A stretch of DNA of 64,000 bases from contig OY969696.1 in NCBI GenBank assembly GCA_963702005.1, positions 1,632,001 through 1,696,000 of the forward strand. The letters are read 5' to 3'. Made by a program: the position numbers and the translations under genes. Shown piece by piece: positions 1 through 8,770 of the stretch; within the stretch, counting starts at the first letter, position 1, and each line of letters starts with the position of its first letter. Under the pieces are notes generated by a model, which searched no databases, was not told the DNA's origin, and saw only the letters and a program-made list of their open reading frames with translations. The DNA comes from Candidatus Aminicenantes bacterium. GTDB taxonomy: Bacteria > Acidobacteriota > Aminicenantia > Aminicenantales > JAFGBC01.

Positions 1-1
1 C

Positions 2-553
2 GACCTCTATGAGCGCGGCCGGAAGTTCGTGGAGATCTCCACCAACGGCCAGGCCTTCACCCGGCGGACCATTCAGGCCTTGGCCGGCAAGCGCGTCACG
101 CTCTATATCTCCCTGGACGCGGCTTCGCGGGAGACCTACGCCAAAATCCGGAACGACCGCTGGGACGAGATCCTTCCCAACCTTCTCCGCCTCAACCAGG
201 AAAGGAAGACCAAGGGAAACTTGCCCAAGATCTTCATGGTCTTCATGCCGATGAAGGTCAACCGCCATGAGCTCGAGGACTATTTCCGGCTCTGCCGGAG
301 GATCGAGGCCGATTCGCTCGTCCTGCGGCCGCTACTCTATCTCTGGAACCCTCAGATCCGTGAGGAGCGGGGCGGCTATCTCTTTGACTACAAGAAAGAG
401 CTCCTGAGCCGGGATGAACTCGAGGAGATCGTCCGCCGCTGCGACGCGCTTTCGGAAAAGTACGGAGTTCCGGTGGCCAATCAGCTCGAATTCGGGACCG
501 TGCAGGGGCCCGCCTCGGAAAAGAAGAAGAGGACGCCGAGGGTATGCGCATGA
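2..553 (+). CDS. Radical SAM protein, C-terminal part (5' end outside window)
   Basis: Open from window edge (DLYERGRKFVEISTNG); ISTNG and YISLDAASRETYAKIR are typical radical-SAM barrel motifs; the CxxxCxxC motif would lie upstream and is not seen. Confidence 0.75.
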   Translation, partial: DLYERGRKFVEISTNGQAFTRRTIQALAGKRVTLYISLDAASRETYAKIRNDRWDEILPNLLRLNQERKTKGNLPKIFMVFMPMKVNRHELEDYFRLCRRIEADSLVLRPLLYLWNPQIREERGGYLFDYKKELLSRDELEEIVRRCDALSEKYGVPVANQLEFGTVQGPASEKKKRTPRVCA

Positions 554-984
554 ACAAAGAAACGGAGAAAAGTGCCGAGAAAGGGCAGGCGCCGGCCGCC
601 TCCCCTCCTTCCGCCGCCGAGGACGATCTCGGTCTCACGGACTTCCCGCTTTGCCGCGAACCCTGGGAAAGCACCTATATTTTGCGGCGCGGCATACTGC
701 CCTGTCCCTATGGAAATCCCATCGCTTCGATGTCGGAATGGGCTTCGGCCTGGAACTCCCCCCAGCTTCAGGAGATCCGTCTCGCCATCAGCCGGGGGAA
801 ACTCAGTCCCTATTGTCTGGATAATCGAGGCTGTCCCATCGTCCTGAAATACCTGCGGGAAAGGAGCGGTTCGTCCTCAGTCGATGATCCTTTCTCCGCT
901 TGGCCCCGCTTCTTAGGGACTATCAACCGGCTGCTGTTCAGGATCCCGGGGCGGTTGAGAAGGCGGTTCGCCCGGCAGAAGTAA
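550..984 (+). CDS. Stand-alone SPASM/Twitch-like Fe-S domain protein
   Basis: CREPWES..G.ILPC..G..AWNSPQLQEIR....C....CP pattern; ATGA overlap with upstream stop at 550-553. Confidence 0.65.
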   Translation: MNKETEKSAEKGQAPAASPPSAAEDDLGLTDFPLCREPWESTYILRRGILPCPYGNPIASMSEWASAWNSPQLQEIRLAISRGKLSPYCLDNRGCPIVLKYLRERSGSSSVDDPFSAWPRFLGTINRLLFRIPGRLRRRFARQK

Positions 985-997
985 GGCCCGCAGCCGT

Positions 998-3820
998 TCA
1001 CCACTTGAAGCGGAGAGTGGCCCGGGCCTGGCGGGGCTGCTGCCGCGCCCAGACCGCGCCGAAGATGGGGATATTCTCCTTGACGAACGAGATGGGCCGC
1101 TGGCTGTCGAGGAGGTTGAAGACGTCGACCCGCAGGCTCACGGCGCCGTCCCCGAAGAGGGGCATGTTCCTCAGCGCGAACGTCTTTTCCAGGCCGAAGT
1201 CCAAGTAGGCGTGGGCGGGCGATTTCCTGGACCCGCGGCCTTCGGGGTATGAGTAATACCCGCCGAAGAACGGGACGTAGCCGAGCTTCTCCCAGTAATA
1301 TCCGGAGAGCCACTCGAACGCGCTCGAGAGCGTGACGCCCCAGGGCGCAAGATAGGTCGCGTTGATCTTGACGTCGTGATCGACGGCGTAGGGCAGCTTT
1401 CCGTACCAGCCCTCGTCGCCGATGCCTCGGCCGCCTAGGCCCCCCAGCGCCCAGTCGGCCCAGGCTTTCAGCGCCGCCAGCTCGGGGATCGGCATCACAT
1501 AAAGATGATTCCCGAATAGGCCCAGGTAGTTCGTGCTTCCCTCCTCTTGCGACCAGGAGCCCGTTTCGACCTGGCCGGGGTTTGTCCCTTTTGCCGAGGA
1601 AAAGCTGTAGGAGGCGTTGAGGAGGAGGTCGTTCCCGACGGCGCCGTCGAGCTCGAGCTCAAGGCCCCAGTAGTGCCGCTTCTTGCACTCGAAGTTGTCA
1701 TAAAGGAACTTGTAGAGGGTCTTGATATCGAAGATGGCCAGGATCTCGAGGAGCTTGACTGCGTCGGCTCGGACGAATCGGGTCTTGACGGCCCAGCGCG
1801 GGCCGAGCCGGCGGTCGAACTCGACCAGGTATCTCGTCAGGAAGTTGGGCTTGACGCCCTCGGCGACCTCGAAGGGCTGGGTCTTCTGCTCGGACTCGAA
1901 CCGCCAGTTGGCCGGGTCGCGCAGGGCCGCCTCGTCCGGGTTGGACCCGCCCTGCCAGCGGTGGGTTCGGAAGGTCAGGCCGGCGCCCGAGTTGAACAGC
2001 CCGAGCGGCATCGTCGTGATCAGGTCCGAGAAACGGCCCCAGCCCAGCTTGAAGACGTTGGCGCCGTCGCCGCCGATGTCCCAGGCCAGGGTCAGACGGG
2101 GCGACAGGAAGTCGCCCAAGCCCCAGGACCAGAGCTTCCCGTGTTTGTCGTCGAGGCAGTCCTGAGTCTGGCTGCGCAGCCCGAGCATGAGGGTCACCCG
2201 GTTGAAGCTGACCTTGTCCTTCAGGAAGAGGCCGATCCCGCGGGCCGAGTTGATGAAGCTCAGCGGCCCGTACTCATAGAAGAAGGTCGGCGTTCGCAGT
2301 CCCTCCCGCCATGACGAGAAGTAGTACTTGGTGCCGGCGTCGAAGCCGTTCCCGGGGAAGAGGTCGGCGTCCTTGCCGGTGAAATCGACCGTGAAGTCCG
2401 AGCTGATGTTGTAGTACTCGAACCCGGCGATGAGCTCGTGGCGGCCGAGCCGGTCCGTCTCGAACGATTTAGTGAACTTGAGGCTCGCGTCGAGCCGCCG
2501 CTGGTTGTCGGTGACCCGGCCGTAGGAGTTGTGGATGTTGCGGGCGAGATCCTCGATGTAATACATGGACGGGCCGAGGTCGCCGTCGACGGGCTCGGTC
2601 AGGTCGTCGCGCCGGACGAGGCCCAGCCCGGCTTCGATGAAGCTCGTCGCGTTGAGAATCCCTTTGTAGTTAAGCCGGACGGCCACGTCCGTAAAAGTCT
2701 CCTTGTCGAACATCTCGGGAAACCCGGTCCCGCCCCTCTGTCCCAGCGAGGTCCGGGTGATCGAGGTCAGGGCCAGGGTATGGTTGGGCGTCAAGGCGTA
2801 GCTGAGCTTGGCGAACAGGTCGTTCTCGTGCGTCGTTTTGGCGCCGCCCGGAACGTCCAGGTAATCGACCGTCGTCGCCCGCGTCTCCTCGGAGTCCGAG
2901 TAGAGGTTGTCGGACAGGAAGAACCAGAGCTTATCCTTGACGAGCGGGCCGCCCAGGTTGAAGACGTAATTGTAATGCGAGAAATAGGAGGGCTCGCTGA
3001 CGACGGCCAGCTGAGGCTGCCGCCCGGCTTGGAAGCTCTTGTCGGAGAAGTTCAAGGCCAGCTCGCCCCGCAGGTCGTTGCTCCCGCTCTTGGTGACCAT
3101 GTTGATGATTCCGCCGTAGGCGGCGCCGAACTCGGGGCTGAATGAGTCGGACAGCACCTGGATCTCGTCGATGGCGTCGTAATTGAGGCGGACGCCGGAG
3201 TTCCGGAGCCGGACGCCCGAGATGGACAGACCGTCGATGATCCAGTTGTTGCCTTCCTCGCCCTCGCCCCGGAAGCTGGGCTGGCCTTCGCTGGCCAGGC
3301 CGCGGCGGGTGTTGACCCGGACCCCGGTGACGCCGGGCGTGAACTTAACGGCGTCGACGACGGTCCGGTTCTGGGCGGGGAGCCTTTCCAGGTCGGCGCT
3401 CGACAGGCTGAAGGAGGTGTCTCCCGAGGTCTTGTCGATGAGCGGCGCCTGGGCCGTGACGACGATCTCCTTCTCGAGGGCCGAAACCTGGAGGACGGCC
3501 TTCAAGCTCGTGACCTGGCCGAGCCGGACGACGACGTTCTCCTGGACGAGCGTGTTGAACCCCGGGAGCTTGAAGGTCAACCTATAGCTCCCGACCGGAA
3601 GAAGGGGCAGGCGGAACTCGCCGTCCCGCCCGCTCAAGACGGTTCGTGCGCCCTGGAGATTGGGGCCGGCGGCCCGGACCTCGACCCCGGCGAGGCCCGC
3701 TCCGCCCTCATCGACGACCCGGCCTTGGATTTCGCCCGTCTCGACGGCCAAGACCAACCCGACCCCCGCGACAAGAAGAAACAGACTCAGGCTTCCTGCG
3801 AATGACTTTGTTCGAGACAT
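998..3820 (-). CDS. TonB-dependent receptor (Oar-like, N-terminal carboxypeptidase-regulatory-like domain)
   Basis: Signal peptide; GEIQGRVVD..G..LAGVEV; plug motif IDEIQVLSDSFSPEFGAAYGGIINMVTKSGSN; C-terminal VFNLLD...LRFKW. Confidence 0.92.
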   Translation of the reverse strand: MSRTKSFAGSLSLFLLVAGVGLVLAVETGEIQGRVVDEGGAGLAGVEVRAAGPNLQGARTVLSGRDGEFRLPLLPVGSYRLTFKLPGFNTLVQENVVVRLGQVTSLKAVLQVSALEKEIVVTAQAPLIDKTSGDTSFSLSSADLERLPAQNRTVVDAVKFTPGVTGVRVNTRRGLASEGQPSFRGEGEEGNNWIIDGLSISGVRLRNSGVRLNYDAIDEIQVLSDSFSPEFGAAYGGIINMVTKSGSNDLRGELALNFSDKSFQAGRQPQLAVVSEPSYFSHYNYVFNLGGPLVKDKLWFFLSDNLYSDSEETRATTVDYLDVPGGAKTTHENDLFAKLSYALTPNHTLALTSITRTSLGQRGGTGFPEMFDKETFTDVAVRLNYKGILNATSFIEAGLGLVRRDDLTEPVDGDLGPSMYYIEDLARNIHNSYGRVTDNQRRLDASLKFTKSFETDRLGRHELIAGFEYYNISSDFTVDFTGKDADLFPGNGFDAGTKYYFSSWREGLRTPTFFYEYGPLSFINSARGIGLFLKDKVSFNRVTLMLGLRSQTQDCLDDKHGKLWSWGLGDFLSPRLTLAWDIGGDGANVFKLGWGRFSDLITTMPLGLFNSGAGLTFRTHRWQGGSNPDEAALRDPANWRFESEQKTQPFEVAEGVKPNFLTRYLVEFDRRLGPRWAVKTRFVRADAVKLLEILAIFDIKTLYKFLYDNFECKKRHYWGLELELDGAVGNDLLLNASYSFSSAKGTNPGQVETGSWSQEEGSTNYLGLFGNHLYVMPIPELAALKAWADWALGGLGGRGIGDEGWYGKLPYAVDHDVKINATYLAPWGVTLSSAFEWLSGYYWEKLGYVPFFGGYYSYPEGRGSRKSPAHAYLDFGLEKTFALRNMPLFGDGAVSLRVDVFNLLDSQRPISFVKENIPIFGAVWARQQPRQARATLRFKW

Positions 3821-3962
3821 CGGCCACCCCCGGATTCTCTCAATTCGATTCCTCAAACGGAGGACGGAAACGGTCGAAAAGCCCTCCCGCGGACGCTTCC
3901 TGGCCGCGGCCGACCACGGCCGATCGCGGCCGGAAGGCCCGTCCGTCCGTCCCCGGTTCGTG

Positions 3963-5093
3963 CTATTTCTTGGCCTTGGGCTTGGCGGCTTTAGGCTTGA
4001 CCTGGCCCTTCAAGGCGTACTTGGCGATGAACTTTTCGGTCAGCTCCCGCGCCTCGGTATCGGTGTATTGCCTGGGGGGAGATTTCATGAAGTAGGAGGC
4101 GGGTCCGTAGAGGGCCCCGCTGACCTTATTGTTGAGGGCCAGCTTGGCGCAGCGAATAGCGTCGATGACGACGCCGGCCGAATTGGGCGAATCCTCGACG
4201 GACAGCCGGCATTCGAGGTTCATCGGGACGTCGCCGAAATGGCGGCTCTCGATCCGCAGGAAGCAGAGCTTGTTGTCCTTCTGCCAGGGCACGTAGTCGC
4301 TCGGGCCGACATGGACGTTGTCGGGGTCGATCGTCAGGCCGCGGTTCTTGATCTGGGAGACGACGGCGTTCGTCTTGGACTTCTTCTTGGAGTCCAGCCT
4401 CTCCCGCTCGAGCATGTTCAGGAAGTCCGTGTTCCCGCCCGTGTTGAGCTGGTAGGTCCGTTCGACCGGCATGCCCCGGTCCATAAAAAGGTTGGTCAAC
4501 ACCCGGTGGAGGATGGTCGCCCCGACCTGGCTCTTGATGTCGTCGCCGATGACGGGGAGCTTCCGCTTCTCGAAGCGCCTCTGCCAGTACTTTTCGGAGG
4601 CGATGAAGACGGGGATGCAGTTGACGAAAGCGCAGCCGGCCTCCAAGACCTGCTCGACGTACCATTTGGTCGCTTCCTCGCTCCCGACCGGAAGATAGCT
4701 GACGACGACGTCGGTCTTGGTCTCGCGGAGGATGGAGACGATGTCGGCGGTCGGCCCGGGGGCCTTCTCGATGATCCGGGACAGGTATTTGCCCAAGCCG
4801 TCGTGGGTCATGCCCCGCTGAACCCTGACGTTGAGGGGCGGGACCTTGGCGAAGACGGTCGTATTGTTGGGCTTGGTCATGATGGCCTCGGCCAAGTCCT
4901 TGCCGACCTTGTTCTTGTCGATGTCGAAGGCGGCCACGAACTCGATGTCGCGGATGTGGTAGCCGCCCAGGTTGATGTGCATGACCCCCGGGATGAAATC
5001 GGTCTCCCGGGCGTTCTTGTAATATTCGACGCCCTGAATCAGGGAGCTGGCGCAGTTGCCGGCGCCGATGATGGCGACCCGGATTTTATCCAT
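3963..5093 (-). CDS. ino1: myo-inositol-1(3)-phosphate synthase
   Basis: [57 protein letters not shown] motifs. Confidence 0.96.
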   Translation of the reverse strand: MDKIRVAIIGAGNCASSLIQGVEYYKNARETDFIPGVMHINLGGYHIRDIEFVAAFDIDKNKVGKDLAEAIMTKPNNTTVFAKVPPLNVRVQRGMTHDGLGKYLSRIIEKAPGPTADIVSILRETKTDVVVSYLPVGSEEATKWYVEQVLEAGCAFVNCIPVFIASEKYWQRRFEKRKLPVIGDDIKSQVGATILHRVLTNLFMDRGMPVERTYQLNTGGNTDFLNMLERERLDSKKKSKTNAVVSQIKNRGLTIDPDNVHVGPSDYVPWQKDNKLCFLRIESRHFGDVPMNLECRLSVEDSPNSAGVVIDAIRCAKLALNNKVSGALYGPASYFMKSPPRQYTDTEARELTEKFIAKYALKGQVKPKAAKPKAKK

Positions 5094-5097
5094 GGCT

Positions 5098-5751
5098 TCA
5101 ATCCTCCTTCTTGCCCGCGGGAACGTTCATACTTTTTTCCGCCCGGCGGACATAGGCGATCCGCTGGATGGCGGTGATATGGGAGAAAAGCGCGATGAGA
5201 CACAGAGCGATGGCCATGGCCGCGTCGAAGACGTGAAACAGGGCGCCTAGGATAGAGGCCGTGACCAGCAGGACCATCCGCTCGGCCCGCTGCATGATGC
5301 CGACCTTGCAGTCGAAGCCGAGCCCCTCGGCCCGGGCCCGGGTGTAGCTGACCATGGTCGAGCCCAGGAAGCCGAAGAAGATGACCCACAGGACCCAGCC
5401 GGCCCGGAAATGCCAGGCCAGGCCCATCAGGATCAGGAACTCCGAGTAGCGGTCGAGGGAGGAGTCGAAGATGGCGCCGTAGCGGCTTTTCAGGTTGGAT
5501 CGAACCGCGACCTTGCCGTCGAGGATGTCCAGGATACCGCAGACGATGACGGCCAGCCCGGCCCAGACGGGCTTATTCAGAAAAAACAGAATCCCGACGG
5601 CCGCCCCGGCCGCGAGCCCGATCAGGCTCAAGGTGTTGGGCGTGATCCGGAGCCTGACGAACAGGCCGGCGATCCGCTCAAAGAAGGCGAGCGTGGCCGC
5701 AATCCAGGTCCCCGGCAGGAAACGATAGGTCTGCGGCTTCGTTGTGTTCAT
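5098..5751 (-). CDS. CDP-alcohol phosphatidyltransferase (probable phosphatidylinositol-phosphate synthase type)
   Basis: [15 protein letters not shown]...[13 protein letters not shown] signature; [12 protein letters not shown]; ends 4 nt upstream of ino1. Confidence 0.9.
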   Translation of the reverse strand: MNTTKPQTYRFLPGTWIAATLAFFERIAGLFVRLRITPNTLSLIGLAAGAAVGILFFLNKPVWAGLAVIVCGILDILDGKVAVRSNLKSRYGAIFDSSLDRYSEFLILMGLAWHFRAGWVLWVIFFGFLGSTMVSYTRARAEGLGFDCKVGIMQRAERMVLLVTASILGALFHVFDAAMAIALCLIALFSHITAIQRIAYVRRAEKSMNVPAGKKED

Positions 5752-6011
5752 GGCTGCCTTCCGGCTGTGGACGCCGAAAAAGTCAAATTACCCCAAAACA
5801 GGGTGAAAAATCAAGCTCGGCCTTGAGAGACGGTTGGAGCCGCCGCGTGACATGCCGGGAAATGCTTCCTCGGGGGGCGGGCCGTAACTTTCTTAGGGAA
5901 TCTGGCGTATAATAAATGATGCTCAGGTCAGCATCGGTTGAATCTTAATGGAATAATGCCCAAGATCCGATGTATAGCTTAAGAGGTAAAACTATGCCGA
6001 GGAGCCTGCCC

Positions 6012-7313
6012 ATGAATGTTCACAAGCGGATCGCGCGGGTCTTATTGGCCGCCTTCATCCTGATCTGGGCGTCGGGCCTCATCGCCCAGGAGGAGCAGGC
6101 GGACATCGAAGCCCTGAAGAAGACCGCGCCCAAGATCTTTCTCGACTGCGGGAGCTGCGACTTCAACTTCATCAAGACCGAAATCACCTTCGTCAACTAC
6201 GTCCGAGATCGCAACGAAGCCCAGGTCCATATCCTGATCACGACCCTGCGGACGGGGGGCGGCGGCCGGGAGTACACCGTGTCCTTCCTGGGCCAAAATG
6301 AGTTCGCCGGCGTCAACGACGTCCAGAAGTACTACAGCGGGAAAATCGACACGGATGATGAGATTCGGCAGGGCTTGGTCAAAGTCCTCAAGATCGGCCT
6401 GATGCCCTATGTTGCCCGGACGCCGATCGCCTCGCGGATCGCCCTCGACTGGAGCCCGGAGGAAAAGCCCGCCGAGGGCAAGGACCGCTGGAACTACTGG
6501 GTGTTCAGCTTGAGCGGCAACGGGTATTTCAACGGCGAGTCGTCCTACAATTACCGGTCACTCGGACTGAATTTTTCGGCGAACCGGGTGACTCCCGACC
6601 TCAAGGTCGGCCTGTCCCTGTCCGTCCATCACTACCGGGATAAATTCATCTACGAAGACGAGACCATCGAAAGCCCCTCGGACAGCGCCTATTTCAACGG
6701 CCTGGTCGTCAAGAGCCTGAACGACCACTGGTCGGTCGGCGGCTACGTCGAGACCGAATCCTCGACCTACCAAAACATCCGGATCAGCACCCAGATCGCG
6801 CCGGCCATCGAGTACAACGTCTTTCCCTATTCCGAGTCCACCCGGCGCCAGCTCCGTTTCCTGTACAAAATGGGGTTCCGGACCGTCCGCTATCGGGAGG
6901 AGACGATCTACTTGAAGACCTCGGAGCTGCTCTGGGATGAATCCCTGTCGGCCAGCCTCGAGTTGAAGGAGAAATGGGGGACCGTCAGCACCTCGCTGTC
7001 GGGTTCCCATTACTTTCACGACAGACGAAAGTACAACCTGGGAATCTTCTCGATCATCTCGCTCCAGATGGTCAAGGGACTTAACCTATACATCATAGGG
7101 AGCGGCTCCCGCATTCACGACCAGCTCTCTCTGGCCCGGGGCGGAGCGAGTCTCGAGGAGGTCCTGCTCCAGCGCAAGCAGCTGGCGACGACCTATGAAT
7201 ATTTCGTATCGGTCGGCGTGAGCTTCACCTTCGGCTCCGTCTACACGAACGTCGTCAATCCCCGCTTCGGCTCGACGGGCGGAGGCGGGATGTCGGTGTC
7301 GATCGGCGATTGA
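6012..7313 (+). CDS. Secreted/outer-membrane hypothetical protein (paralog 1)
   Basis: GAGGAG RBS, signal peptide, aromatic alternating beta-strand pattern; C-terminal FGS..NVVNPRFG shared with next gene. Confidence 0.75.
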   Translation: MNVHKRIARVLLAAFILIWASGLIAQEEQADIEALKKTAPKIFLDCGSCDFNFIKTEITFVNYVRDRNEAQVHILITTLRTGGGGREYTVSFLGQNEFAGVNDVQKYYSGKIDTDDEIRQGLVKVLKIGLMPYVARTPIASRIALDWSPEEKPAEGKDRWNYWVFSLSGNGYFNGESSYNYRSLGLNFSANRVTPDLKVGLSLSVHHYRDKFIYEDETIESPSDSAYFNGLVVKSLNDHWSVGGYVETESSTYQNIRISTQIAPAIEYNVFPYSESTRRQLRFLYKMGFRTVRYREETIYLKTSELLWDESLSASLELKEKWGTVSTSLSGSHYFHDRRKYNLGIFSIISLQMVKGLNLYIIGSGSRIHDQLSLARGGASLEEVLLQRKQLATTYEYFVSVGVSFTFGSVYTNVVNPRFGSTGGGGMSVSIGD

Positions 7314-7324
7314 GGAGGATCCGA

Positions 7325-8644
7325 ATGAACATGCCGAGAATCCTTCGATCGCTGACGCGGGTCGTCCTGGGATTAGCCGTCATCGCGGGCGGCGCCGCCG
7401 CGTCGTCCGTCACGGATACGAGCCTCGTCCAGGCAACCACCGGATTCACGATTCAAACGCCGCCCCGGGTTTTTCTCGACTCCCCCGGGGCCGATATCGC
7501 GGCCCTCCAGAAGGGGATCGCTTTCGTCGAATGGGTCGCCGCGGCCGCGGACGCCCAAGTCGTCGTCTCGATCAAGGCCGAGACGGTGGCCGGCGGGGAG
7601 ACGGTCACGACGTTCGTCTTCCACGGGCAGAAGGAATTCAGCGGGGATGACGAGACGCTCAGCCATAGCGCGCCCCCCGGGGGAAGTCCGGAGGACCTCG
7701 CGGCCGGGCTGAACCAGTCTCTTAAGCTGGGCTTGATGCGCTACGTGGGCAAGACGCCCGTCGCCAAGCGGATCGATATTTCCCTGAGGGACAAGGTCAA
7801 GCCCACGGCCGTCATCGATCCCTGGAACTTCTGGGTATTCAGCCTCAGCACGGATGGCTTTTTCATGGGATACGAGACCTACAAATCCCGCTCGCTCTAC
7901 GGCTCCATTTCGGCCAACCGGACGACGTTGGATTGGAAGATCCGGCTGTCCGCCAGCGCCAGCTCGTACCGGAACGTCTACCAATACGAGGGCGAGGAAA
8001 TCATCAGCACTTCGGAAAGCCGTAGCCTCCAGGGCATGGTCGTCCGCAGCCTCGACGACCATTGGTCGGTCGGCGGCTACCTGTCGGCTCTTTCCTCGAC
8101 CTACGCCAACTACGATCTCCTCGTCAAGTTCGCCCCGGCTGTCGAGTTTGATGTTTTTCCTTATTCCCAGTCGACCCGCCACCAGCTCCGGTTCTTATAC
8201 GCGGTCGAGTTCAACCTCGTCCGCTACCGGGAGGAGACGATCTTCGACAAGATGAAGGAGAGCCTGTTCAGTCAGTCCCTGGAAGCCACGCTCGAGCTCA
8301 AACGGAAGTGGGGGACGGCCAGCGTCTCGCTCGCGGGATCGAACTACCTCCACTCGTTCAAGAGGAACCAGCTCGAGCTCTACGGCAATACCTCGGTCCG
8401 GATTTTCAAGGGCCTGTCCTTTGAAATCAACGGCGGCGGCTCGAGGATCCGGAACCAGCTCAACCTGGCCAAGGGCGGCGCCTCGCTCGAGGAAGTCATC
8501 CTGCGCAGGAAGCAGCTCGCGACGAGCTACAATTATTACTTCTCGGTCGGACTGAGCTTCACCTTCGGGTCGATCAAGAGCAATGTCGTCAACCCCCGCT
8601 TCGGCAGCGGAGGCAGCAGCGTCTCGATCCGTTTCGGCGGCTGA
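7325..8644 (+). CDS. Secreted/outer-membrane hypothetical protein (paralog 2)
   Basis: GAGGAG RBS; shares D.WN.WVFSLS, SL.DHWSVGGY, GGASLEEV, NVVNPRFGS with upstream gene. Confidence 0.75.
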   Translation: MNMPRILRSLTRVVLGLAVIAGGAAASSVTDTSLVQATTGFTIQTPPRVFLDSPGADIAALQKGIAFVEWVAAAADAQVVVSIKAETVAGGETVTTFVFHGQKEFSGDDETLSHSAPPGGSPEDLAAGLNQSLKLGLMRYVGKTPVAKRIDISLRDKVKPTAVIDPWNFWVFSLSTDGFFMGYETYKSRSLYGSISANRTTLDWKIRLSASASSYRNVYQYEGEEIISTSESRSLQGMVVRSLDDHWSVGGYLSALSSTYANYDLLVKFAPAVEFDVFPYSQSTRHQLRFLYAVEFNLVRYREETIFDKMKESLFSQSLEATLELKRKWGTASVSLAGSNYLHSFKRNQLELYGNTSVRIFKGLSFEINGGGSRIRNQLNLAKGGASLEEVILRRKQLATSYNYYFSVGLSFTFGSIKSNVVNPRFGSGGSSVSIRFGG

Positions 8645-8770
8645 TGCGGCTGAGCCGGGCGGAGTTTCCGCCCTCGGTCCGGGACGCCGTAAAGATTCCC
8701 AAACTGTAAACCGTTTTAATTGTGATGCATGTTCCGGTTTGTTCGGGTAGACTATGTTTAGATTTCTACC

